IMG/VR virus record: IMGVR_UViG_3300029258_004006
Origin: a virus
DNA: 64,000 nt
Reading direction: 5' to 3' (one strand)
The translations under genes were made by a program, and so were the position numbers. The notes under the pieces are model-generated. The model saw only the letters and a program-made list of their open reading frames with translations. It ran no database searches and was not told the origin of the DNA. The number at the start of each line of letters is the position of its first letter. Position 1 is the stretch's first letter. This document shows positions 43,536 to 52,026 of the stretch, piece after piece.

Positions 43536-44476
43536 TGGGGTGCCTCCGCCAACATCGGAATTTCCGAGGACACGGCTCGAAGAATATCGCGTTTGTATTC
43601 CCCTGCCACATCGGGAGTCCCCAGGGACAAAGATTTGCACTGCTTTTCATAAGCGGTTTGCATCAGAAACAGGATCATCAACGTTATGGGATCAAACTTC
43701 TTAAATCCAGGTAGGGACCATACTTCTACCAGACGTAGTTGGTCCGTCTCCTGGAAATATAAGATCAACCCCAGTGGTTTGCCCTCGAATTCGAGTACCA
43801 GAGCCTCTGCGTGAATTCCGGCCAGAATCAAATAGTCCCAACGTGATTTGTTGGTCGTCGCCCATTTGGTAAGAGGGGTCTCTTTTAGAGGCGAAGTAAG
43901 ATGTTGCAATTCCCCAAACCAAAAATCTGGGGTCTTTGGCTGACTTACCACCTTGGGGCTAAACTTTCGCCAGGTCGTTCGAGTATAACGACAATCAGTA
44001 CCTTTCAAGTGGCTCTCAAAATCAGAAGCGGCAAGAGGTAAAATCAATTCTGTCTGAGTCGGAATCCCCTCCCCATACAGCAGCTTGATCAGAGATTCAA
44101 AATCGGGGCCACTTAAAGCCAGGAGGTTTCTAGTCAAGCCGAGGTTGTTCAAAGGAAAGACTAGCAGTGGAGTGTAGCCATCATCCTTCATCTCTGATAC
44201 ACGAACAATGCCACTCTGCTCCCGTTTAGCAATTAGATGAAGGATACCGGGTGGAACATCCAAATTAATAGGGTTTAGGCCCTGAATTCCCCTCATTAAA
44301 ACATCAGACCATTCTTGGTGGTGTTCAACCAAAAAACACCGGCCATCACGTTCTACTCGTGTACCTAGCTGGGGACGAGGGGGTTTATCCCGTTTAACAA
44401 CCAATCGTTTAGATCGTGTTTTCTTCTTAACGGCTGGTTTTGATGGTAATGACGACGACGTCATGTTATCTCTCAA
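43532..44476 (-). CDS. hypothetical protein, C-terminal third GNAT/FemAB-like (weak)
   Basis: ALVLEFEGKPLGLILYFQETDQLRLVEVWSLPGFKKFDPITLMILFLMQTAYEKQCKSLSLG resembles acyl/aminoacyl-transferase folds. By eye only. Confidence 0.5.
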   Translation of the reverse strand: MRDNMTSSSLPSKPAVKKKTRSKRLVVKRDKPPRPQLGTRVERDGRCFLVEHHQEWSDVLMRGIQGLNPINLDVPPGILHLIAKREQSGIVRVSEMKDDGYTPLLVFPLNNLGLTRNLLALSGPDFESLIKLLYGEGIPTQTELILPLAASDFESHLKGTDCRYTRTTWRKFSPKVVSQPKTPDFWFGELQHLTSPLKETPLTKWATTNKSRWDYLILAGIHAEALVLEFEGKPLGLILYFQETDQLRLVEVWSLPGFKKFDPITLMILFLMQTAYEKQCKSLSLGTPDVAGEYKRDILRAVSSEIPMLAEAPQ

Positions 44477-44536
44477 TATGGAGGTGTGGAGCAGAGCAGA
44501 GATAAGGGATTTCCCTACCCTGCCCCACGGAGCGGG

Positions 44537-44830
44537 TCACGTTGTAGGAGACGACTGGTGTTGAAGTTCCCTATCCCAGAGTAAAATCTCAGACAACCAT
44601 TGCCATTGTTGTTTCGGATCGAGACGATCTAAAACCGATTGCGTTATTTCGGAACAAACAACAGTAATACCGAAGGCGAGGAATTCCTTACCATCCTGGT
44701 TCTTCACAAGTGGAACCCCCTTTCTTCCACCAGCTTTTCCATACATCTCAACGAAGGTTCCAATCACATATCCCTCAGTGAAATCATTTGAGCGGACGAT
44801 TACTTTTGAACCAACGAGTAGTTCCATCAT
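44537..44830 (-). CDS. hypothetical protein
   Basis: 97-aa ORF abutting the topoisomerase gene. Confidence 0.5.
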   Translation of the reverse strand: MMELLVGSKVIVRSNDFTEGYVIGTFVEMYGKAGGRKGVPLVKNQDGKEFLAFGITVVCSEITQSVLDRLDPKQQWQWLSEILLWDRELQHQSSPTT

Positions 44831-47055
44831 TACTTCCCTGAAATTGGAATAACGCGATGGACATGTTTACCCCTCAACATCTGCTTGTCCATCTCTATCG
44901 GAGTGTGCAACCCATCTTTTTGGACCAAATAGTTCTCTGCCGGGGCAAGAACGTCCAAGCGGAATCTCCTGAACTTCCAGGTATCAATAATCTTGGGATC
45001 ATCCCCATCCTGTACCGTGTTGATAATTGATTTTGAAGCCTTGACTTCTGAAGTACCAGAAAACATCTTCCATCCCTGCGGGACTACAGTTACGTCTTTA
45101 ATGGGATTTTTCCTGCCATTCAATTGATGGCTCCACCCGCGAAATAGTCCCTCAGAGAACCGGTGTTTCCTCAACCACTCGTAGGTCATCATGGTGGTTG
45201 AACCATCTTTATACCGGATGACTACCAATGCCTTTGGTCTAATACCAACTGCGAAAGTAATTGTCTTATTCTTAGGATACACCTTTTCAAAATAATTACT
45301 CTCAACATGGGGGTAACAGACCAGGTAATTGTCCTCGGAAATCAATAATACCAAATCATCTGCATCGGATATCAGATTCACCGGACACATGGCTTCGTGA
45401 GTGGAAAAACCAGGACACTCAAAACTGAAGTGTTGTTCCTGGTACCCATCCGAGTGTATAATGCTGAAGAACCTAGCGGCTCGAATTATATGATAATCAT
45501 TCACTTTCTTCTTGGTCTTGAAGGAAGTAAACTCATCAGTCGTAGACCTCAATTTCCCATCGACTAAAACAATTCCATAGCTAATCATCCGGGTGTCTAG
45601 ACCAGTTTCTTCGTTTCCATCAAAATCCACCCCCAGAATTTTAGTTCGCCTTTCATCTCCAAATTTCTTAGTGAATTCCTTAAGTTCACGAATGATAACA
45701 CCAGGAATATCTTGTAAATCAATTTGGTAGGATTTTAGTTCCTGCAAAAACCCATCCCGTTTGTCGGTTAAAGATTGTTTGTTCCCTTTTAGGATAGAAC
45801 GAATTTGACAAGTTAAGATGTACTCAGCCTGACGCAGGTTCAATCCAATAGACTTAAGCCACTCAATGGCCGTCTTTTCTGTCCCCTGAGTAAGCTTATC
45901 CAATTCAGTTCTATTGGCGATGACAGCTAAAACTGCTTCTACCTTTTCGATTTCCCACTGAATCTTTGTAATCCAGTCCTCAAGCCGGGTTCGAACTACC
46001 CGTCGCCGGAACCGATACCAATCTTTTAACAGCCCCTGCAGACCAGCGTACCGGATGCGAGCAGTTTTTCCATTGGCTTGGGACCGATCAAACACTGTAA
46101 ATTCATAGTGTTCTTTATACCCTCGAAGCATGGGTTCTATTTTAGTGGACAGAACCTGGGGATCATCGGCCATAATGATCAGTTTGATAGTGGTAGTGCT
46201 TTGATCCAAGACTGAGATAATCCCCTGCTCAGCCATTTCTTTAATTTCGGAGTTATCAATCCATTTATTAAGATTGGTACCCGGTGGGAATCCAGTAATT
46301 ACTAACGCTTGGGTACCATCATTCATGTCCTCGTAATGATAGTTAGCGTTATAATAACACGTTCCTTTGCCCTTCTTGTACAAGGCGGGTAGGATTTCTG
46401 GATTGGTAAGCACTCCACCCGTCGATTGGTCTGGCCCCCGAAGAACTCTTAGTAAGGATTTGGTCTTAGCCTTAGGGTTCTTAACAAATAAAATGCAAGT
46501 ACGACAAACATCGCGCAAGTTGTGAGAAGGAATCGACCCTGCCACCCCCACGGCTATACCAGTGTAACCGTTCAACAACAACAGAGGAACAGGAGCAGGG
46601 AGGACAGTTGGCTCTTTGTCGGTTTGATCATAGTTGTTTGCCATACGCACATACTGGATGTCTCGAAATAGTTCCCACCCAAACTCGGAGAGCTTAGCTT
46701 CTATGTACCTAAACGCTCCATGAGGTTCCCCATGAGGACTACCCCAATTCCCCTGCCCTTCGAACAGAGGGTATCTGGTTTTCCAGTGCTGTGTTAATAC
46801 AGCGAGAGCTTCCCCGATTGACAAATCCCCATGGGGGTGGTAATTACCCATGGTTTCACCGATAATCTTGGCCGATTTCCGGAAATAACCAGAGGGTCTC
46901 AAACCCAGTTTAAAAGCGGCATAAGCTACTCTACGTTGAACGGGTTTCAATCCATCTCTTACATCAGGAATAGCCCGTTCTTCGGCCACATACAAAGCGT
47001 AATCTCTTAACCCGGTTTCCACAACAGCGGTCAAGGGTTTTTGTTGGGTTTTCAA
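44830..47055 (-). CDS. type IIA DNA topoisomerase, A subunit (GyrA/ParC/T4 gp52-like)
   Basis: LKPVQRRVAYAAF...KSAKIIGETMGNYHPHGDLSIGEALAVLTQ, with active-site Tyr context GAFRYIEAKL. Confidence 0.9.
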   Translation of the reverse strand: MKTQQKPLTAVVETGLRDYALYVAEERAIPDVRDGLKPVQRRVAYAAFKLGLRPSGYFRKSAKIIGETMGNYHPHGDLSIGEALAVLTQHWKTRYPLFEGQGNWGSPHGEPHGAFRYIEAKLSEFGWELFRDIQYVRMANNYDQTDKEPTVLPAPVPLLLLNGYTGIAVGVAGSIPSHNLRDVCRTCILFVKNPKAKTKSLLRVLRGPDQSTGGVLTNPEILPALYKKGKGTCYYNANYHYEDMNDGTQALVITGFPPGTNLNKWIDNSEIKEMAEQGIISVLDQSTTTIKLIIMADDPQVLSTKIEPMLRGYKEHYEFTVFDRSQANGKTARIRYAGLQGLLKDWYRFRRRVVRTRLEDWITKIQWEIEKVEAVLAVIANRTELDKLTQGTEKTAIEWLKSIGLNLRQAEYILTCQIRSILKGNKQSLTDKRDGFLQELKSYQIDLQDIPGVIIRELKEFTKKFGDERRTKILGVDFDGNEETGLDTRMISYGIVLVDGKLRSTTDEFTSFKTKKKVNDYHIIRAARFFSIIHSDGYQEQHFSFECPGFSTHEAMCPVNLISDADDLVLLISEDNYLVCYPHVESNYFEKVYPKNKTITFAVGIRPKALVVIRYKDGSTTMMTYEWLRKHRFSEGLFRGWSHQLNGRKNPIKDVTVVPQGWKMFSGTSEVKASKSIINTVQDGDDPKIIDTWKFRRFRLDVLAPAENYLVQKDGLHTPIEMDKQMLRGKHVHRVIPISGK

Positions 47056-47109
47056 TTTCTCTGCCTTACCTGTGTTGTTGTTTTTCTCTCTCTTTTAATA
47101 ACGAAATTC

Positions 47110-47826
47110 CTAGCCCGCACGCCAAAGGGAGCCGTGTTTGAAAGGTCGTTTCAAAAACTCCGGAAAAAGACCTTGACCGAATAATATCCGATGGAAACAC
47201 TCTGCTTCCATCTTAGCCCCGGTCAAAGCATTGTGGGGACGCGGTTCTGGACTCAAACCACACCAGGTAATTGTATCGTTGGAGTTGATATCGCTTCGAT
47301 CTCCACGAAGAGGAATTCTTTGACCCAACCCTCTTCGAATTACATAGGAAGTGGAATGCAGATCAACTGATCTATAACCCGTGTGAAAACGCAGCCCACA
47401 ACGAGTCATGGCATTCATCATGAATTCAATATCGAACATAGGGTTTTCACCCGCGATAGTACGATCTTTTATAGGTTGAACCCATTCTATGAAGTGTTCG
47501 AGAACATCCTGTAGGAGAGGCAACTGAGGACTTCTGATCTGCTTTATTGTGAATCCGTTGATTTTCATCGCCTCTTTTGTAATCTCAACCGGACCCGAAT
47601 ACAAGTGGGGTGATTTGTATTTTTGTACTATTCCTGGAATGGGCTCAGGCTTTGGAACGGGTTCCCACACTTCAGGAACCCGAACCTCTGCGTAGAAGAG
47701 ACGGGAGGGGTTTTCAAAATCTACCGCACCTATTGAGACCATGGCGCATTTTTGCCGATCTACTCCAGTCGTCTCCACATCAAGCACAATCATGTTATAG
47801 CTTCCACCAAAGACCTTCCCCGTCAA
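47110..47826 (-). CDS. DnaQ-like 3'-5' exonuclease
   Basis: Exo I MIVLDVETTG, Exo II GENPMFDIEFM and Exo III HNALTGAKMEAE. Start may be the internal ATG at 47793. Confidence 0.75.
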   Translation of the reverse strand: MTGKVFGGSYNMIVLDVETTGVDRQKCAMVSIGAVDFENPSRLFYAEVRVPEVWEPVPKPEPIPGIVQKYKSPHLYSGPVEITKEAMKINGFTIKQIRSPQLPLLQDVLEHFIEWVQPIKDRTIAGENPMFDIEFMMNAMTRCGLRFHTGYRSVDLHSTSYVIRRGLGQRIPLRGDRSDINSNDTITWCGLSPEPRPHNALTGAKMEAECFHRILFGQGLFPEFLKRPFKHGSLWRAG

Positions 47827-48151
47827 TGCGCATCACAGTCGCCGTTCCTTCCAACCCAGAGACAGTGCTTAATTCAAAAGTGTCTCCTGAGTTAAGACCT
47901 TCCATTGCAAAATTAGGTTTAGTGAGGACTCCACGAGTTACTAAAGACGTGGGATAACGAAGCGATCCACAATTCAAACAACGATTCTCTATGATAGCGA
48001 CATGTTCACAACCTCTGGCTGGCGCTCCCGCCACTTGCCCAGGACATTTAATCCATTTGTAAAGAAGATATGACCAGTAACGACCTTGCGGAAATGTGCC
48101 TGTTGCTACAATCATGTTGCACCTCTCATCGTATGAGTAGTTAGGATGCAA
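47795..48151 (-). CDS. hypothetical Cys-containing protein
   Basis: 118-aa ORF between the ClpS and exonuclease genes. Confidence 0.5.
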   Translation of the reverse strand: MHPNYSYDERCNMIVATGTFPQGRYWSYLLYKWIKCPGQVAGAPARGCEHVAIIENRCLNCGSLRYPTSLVTRGVLTKPNFAMEGLNSGDTFELSTVSGLEGTATVMRIDGEGLWWKL

Positions 48152-48470
48152 TTTTCTCTAAGGTCGCATCCATAGAACCCTGACATCCCAAAACACGATC
48201 ATCAGCCCCATAGGAAGTGATTTGATCTTTCTTCCACTCGGCTTTTTCAAAGTGACTACGATAGACAGCCGCTTTACCGGTCTCATCCACTAGCTTCGCT
48301 AGTTGAAAAGCTTCTTCCCTACTGTGACCACAGGTTTCAGCCAGCATCCGAACCACATACTCATACGTGTGGTAGTCATCGTTCCACAGGATAACGGTCC
48401 ATTCGGGAGATAACTGGGTTTCAACAACGGGAACGGGAGCGAGAGTGGGGGTGGCGGCTGATGAAGTCAT
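48141..48470 (-). CDS. clpS: ClpS-like ATP-dependent Clp protease adaptor
   Basis: Alignable end to end with E. coli ClpS from memory. VILWNDDYHTYEYVV~VILVNDDYTPMEFVI. AFQLAKLVDETGKA~ATQLMLAVHYQGKA. ATLEKI~CTLEKA. Confidence 0.85.
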   Translation of the reverse strand: MTSSAATPTLAPVPVVETQLSPEWTVILWNDDYHTYEYVVRMLAETCGHSREEAFQLAKLVDETGKAAVYRSHFEKAEWKKDQITSYGADDRVLGCQGSMDATLEKIAS

Positions 48471-49555
48471 TTGATTCTCTCCAACATTGACATAGGCTTA
48501 TCTTGAGCCCACACCTCCAGGAAATAGGTCAACACGAAGATGCTGAAACCATTTCTCTCGAAGTGATAATGAGCGGCGTGAAACAGACTGTTTAGCTCAA
48601 TCAGAGTACCCACCCCAGCTTTGGGGAAATAGGCCTTTTCTTTGTCTTTCTTGGTGCCATGACACTGGCGGTTAATTTCTGCTCGTAGGATTATCAAGAT
48701 AGTTCGAATCACCCGAACCGGATCTTCCAGGATGCCTTTACATACGTCGTAGAGTTCTTGATTGCTCTTAGTCAAGAAAGCAACAATTACTGCCCGCGAT
48801 TTGGCTTGATCGTAATACCCTGAACTATCCAGGATTGCTTTGGTCTTGACTGTCTTCCCACCCGAATACAACCAGCAAGTCTCCAACAACTGCAAGGCGT
48901 CCCTGCAGTGACCGCGAGACAGGGTAACGATCATCCTGACCGCTTCCTTAGTTATCTTGATCTTCTCTTTAGCGGCGATCTTAGAAATGTGAGCCATCAA
49001 GTCTTCTTCATTCAGAGTATTGATCTGAATGGGGATAGCCCGAGATTTGATGGTGTCTAGAACTTGGTGGGCTTCCGTGGTACATAGTACGAAAACATCA
49101 CTGGTTTTTCTTCCACCACGTTCTTCTTCAAAGACCTTTAGTAGTGCAGCAGCCCCATCTTTGGTCAAGGCATGACATTCATCCAAAACGACGATTCTTT
49201 TGGGCCACCGGCATTTAAAATTCAACTTGGCCTTGAGGTCCCGAACATCATCGATACCTCGATTAGAAGCGGCGTCTATTTCGAGCAGCCCATCTGAAGC
49301 ATCTCGATCTACTGCCTTACAATGATCACACTTTCCACAAGCAACCAGTGGACCCTTATCGCAATTCAAATAGCGAGCCAACAGACGAGCACTGGTAGTC
49401 TTTCCGCTTCCGTGACTACCATAGAACAAGAACATTCTAGGTAAATCGTCGAACTCAGCATACCTGCTGAGGACACCCTTTAGGATTTTCTGTACATGTG
49501 GTTGCCCGGCCAGATCATCTATTGTTTTTGGTCTGTAATCAAGTGCTAATGGCAT
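48467..49555 (-). CDS. AAA+ clamp-loader subunit (DnaX gamma/tau-like)
   Basis: Walker A GSHGSGKTT, zinc module CGKCDHC, Walker B VVLDECH, sensor-1 LCTTE, and SRA in TIKSRAIPIQ. Confidence 0.85.
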   Translation of the reverse strand: MPLALDYRPKTIDDLAGQPHVQKILKGVLSRYAEFDDLPRMFLFYGSHGSGKTTSARLLARYLNCDKGPLVACGKCDHCKAVDRDASDGLLEIDAASNRGIDDVRDLKAKLNFKCRWPKRIVVLDECHALTKDGAAALLKVFEEERGGRKTSDVFVLCTTEAHQVLDTIKSRAIPIQINTLNEEDLMAHISKIAAKEKIKITKEAVRMIVTLSRGHCRDALQLLETCWLYSGGKTVKTKAILDSSGYYDQAKSRAVIVAFLTKSNQELYDVCKGILEDPVRVIRTILIILRAEINRQCHGTKKDKEKAYFPKAGVGTLIELNSLFHAAHYHFERNGFSIFVLTYFLEVWAQDKPMSMLERIK

Positions 49556-49580
49556 CGCTCCTCCTCCTCAGTCTATCCGA

Positions 49581-49991
49581 TTATGTTTGAAGCTCGGGGA
49601 AGATACAGAATCCTGCTTTGAGAAGGTCATTCTGTGTAGCAGAGACCCCCGACTCTATAATTGCGTGATCTAAATGCACGTGGATTTCATGTTGTGAATC
49701 TTGCCAAGTTACGGAAGATATTTCACAAAACACAACTACCCCAAGCGATTCAAAGGCGATTAACGTTTCTTCGTTTGGAAATCCAGGTAACGTCCCTTCT
49801 TTAGCCAATAGTATTCCACCGGATTCAACGAGATACAAACATTTTACCACTGGTTGCTGCTTTTCAATTTGTCGGGTTTGCACCATAGGTGTCTTTTGAA
49901 TTAGCGGCAAGAATGTCAAAAACAGTATGACGATGATGCCGACTACGATTAGAACTTCAACAAAGGACATTCCCTTTACCATTACTTTCAT
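49581..49991 (-). CDS. pseudopilin / type IV pilin-like protein
   Basis: N-terminus MKVMVKG|MSFVEVLIVVGIIVILFL fits the prepilin-peptidase cleavage/methylation motif, with Glu at +5 and a hydrophobic helix. Confidence 0.55.
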   Translation of the reverse strand: MKVMVKGMSFVEVLIVVGIIVILFLTFLPLIQKTPMVQTRQIEKQQPVVKCLYLVESGGILLAKEGTLPGFPNEETLIAFESLGVVVFCEISSVTWQDSQHEIHVHLDHAIIESGVSATQNDLLKAGFCIFPELQT

Positions 49992-51034
49992 CTATTCTCC
50001 TTGCAATCCGCCACGCAAGACACGTCTACTTCCAGGGCCGTGCATAGCCTGTCCTTTAGCGTAGCTAAGTTTACACCATAGTGGGCGGCTAACTCTTGTA
50101 TCGAGTCCTGCCTTCCACCAGTGTGTTCTAGGGGAAATGCCAGCCGCCCGTTGATCACATCACACAAGAATTTATTCTCTGGGGAATTGGCTCCAAATTG
50201 ACCACGAAGTTCATCGATCATATCGACTATTCTAAAACCTTCTTCAGCGGTAGAAGGGAGAATCTGACTATGGGTACACTGTTCTTGTGGTGAGTGAGTG
50301 GCATCGATTGATTGAGTTCGAACGCGGAATCCATTTGATCTACTATAGGTATGGTAAGACCGTTTAACAGCACTGTAATAACGCGCCCGATCACACATAT
50401 GAGAGTTAGCTACAAAAGTGATGATTTTTTGACCTTCGGTCATTCCCGCCCAGTGCCGCCAAAACAAATTAACGACTGCTTTATACCGAATTTCTCCTAT
50501 GAAATCATCGGCACAACAATACATATCAATCAAATATTTGTATTTATGACCCCGACAAAGGGACATGGTGATCTGAGTTATATATGGGTCATACCGGGTA
50601 ACCAAATCATGATAAGTGGGAGCCGGTTGAATCATCATCTCAGGATCGGGGTAGTAGAGAATCTTGGGACAACCCTGCTTTACCCACCAGTGGGCAAGGA
50701 TATCGAAATCTTGAGGTTTGGCTTGGAAAAACCGTACGGCCCGCGAAGGGGTCATGGATTCATAATAGAAGACAGCAAAAAAAGCCATACTGGCCCGGAG
50801 AGATGACTCAGAAGTGGTGATACCCCTCTTAAAATCACTGGTAGATTCCCAGACCACCCCATTCTTACCAAGAAATTTGCTCCTTAGGTTAGCAAAGCGG
50901 ACCCCAGTTTGTCCTAGTCCACACGCCTCGCAAAACATTAGATTGACAAATTTTTGGATCTCACCCCTAGGGGCCGCCCCCACCACTTCTGCCCTAAATT
51001 TCCGCAACGCCTGGACGATCAAGGTAACCCTCAC
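49988..51034 (-). CDS. hypothetical protein with C-terminal sigma-70 region-4-like HTH (weak)
   Basis: DSIQELAAHYGVNLATLKDRLCTALE. Confidence 0.55.
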   Translation of the reverse strand: MRVTLIVQALRKFRAEVVGAAPRGEIQKFVNLMFCEACGLGQTGVRFANLRSKFLGKNGVVWESTSDFKRGITTSESSLRASMAFFAVFYYESMTPSRAVRFFQAKPQDFDILAHWWVKQGCPKILYYPDPEMMIQPAPTYHDLVTRYDPYITQITMSLCRGHKYKYLIDMYCCADDFIGEIRYKAVVNLFWRHWAGMTEGQKIITFVANSHMCDRARYYSAVKRSYHTYSRSNGFRVRTQSIDATHSPQEQCTHSQILPSTAEEGFRIVDMIDELRGQFGANSPENKFLCDVINGRLAFPLEHTGGRQDSIQELAAHYGVNLATLKDRLCTALEVDVSCVADCKENR

Positions 51035-51078
51035 TTTCGCCTTGGCTCTGATTTATCCCTTACTCCATCCCCATTATA

Positions 51079-52023
51079 TCAGATGGGAACCCTTTTGTCA
51101 AGTAGTCTAGACAACTTCTTTGAGACTTCTTGTAGGATTTCTTGGGTACCCTCAGTTGGCTCATTTCCTAGGAGGATTTCTTCCCACAATGGGCTGGAAA
51201 GAGCGTCCAAAACACCTCCGGGGAGCTGCCTCCCTGGACGACCACTAAACATCCGGGGAGTGCCTTCCACAGTCGAGGCGCCGCAGAATACTAACACTTC
51301 GCCGTACATCTTCATGTCTAAACCCAAAGAAGTGGCTTGGTCTTGAAAAGTTTGGTGTAATTTTTTAACCCCCTGTACTAAATCCCGAATTGGAATTAAG
51401 AATTTCCGCTCTAACATGATACAGGGTGAAGGCTGATCCGTGGTGATTGATTCTGGTATAAGGGTGGGTTCTATCCCTAAGATAGATTGGATCAATCCAG
51501 ATTCAGCAGACCCAAGGAATTGAATGGCTTCTTCATAGTGGTGTCTGGCTTCCCCAGCGGTTATGTTTAAAGCAGTAGCTATGGATTCAATGGACCGATG
51601 TTCATCAATATCACAATGTGATGCTTTGTATTTGGTATAGCCCGGACATTCCGTTTTCTGACATGGGGTTATCATGATAATTTCCCCAAGGGGAGGACAA
51701 AAAAACCATTCTTCTCTTGGTAAAATACTCTGCCCGATTTTTACCAAGTATTTGCATAATCTAGGATAGTATTCGTAAAGAGAAGACACTGTCTCTGCAA
51801 CACTTGGAGTCAATTCATCTAGAAAATCAAAGAATTCATCCGAGAATAAAGCCCAGAAATCATATTTGTACAATTTACTTTTGGGGATAGTCAGAGAGGG
51901 TAAATCATATGTTTTTGCGATCTGATTGAAAGCTCGCATGTCCAAGTTGATCAGACACATGAAGACAAGAATATCTAGACGATTTCCAGGTACGTCATAC
52001 TTTTTATACAGATCATCAAACAC
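51079..52023 (-). CDS. hypothetical protein with sigma-70 region-4-like HTH (weak)
   Basis: RSIESIATALNITAGEARHHYEEAIQFLG. Confidence 0.55.
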   Translation of the reverse strand: MFDDLYKKYDVPGNRLDILVFMCLINLDMRAFNQIAKTYDLPSLTIPKSKLYKYDFWALFSDEFFDFLDELTPSVAETVSSLYEYYPRLCKYLVKIGQSILPREEWFFCPPLGEIIMITPCQKTECPGYTKYKASHCDIDEHRSIESIATALNITAGEARHHYEEAIQFLGSAESGLIQSILGIEPTLIPESITTDQPSPCIMLERKFLIPIRDLVQGVKKLHQTFQDQATSLGLDMKMYGEVLVFCGASTVEGTPRMFSGRPGRQLPGGVLDALSSPLWEEILLGNEPTEGTQEILQEVSKKLSRLLDKRVPI

Positions 52024-52026
52024 CGA

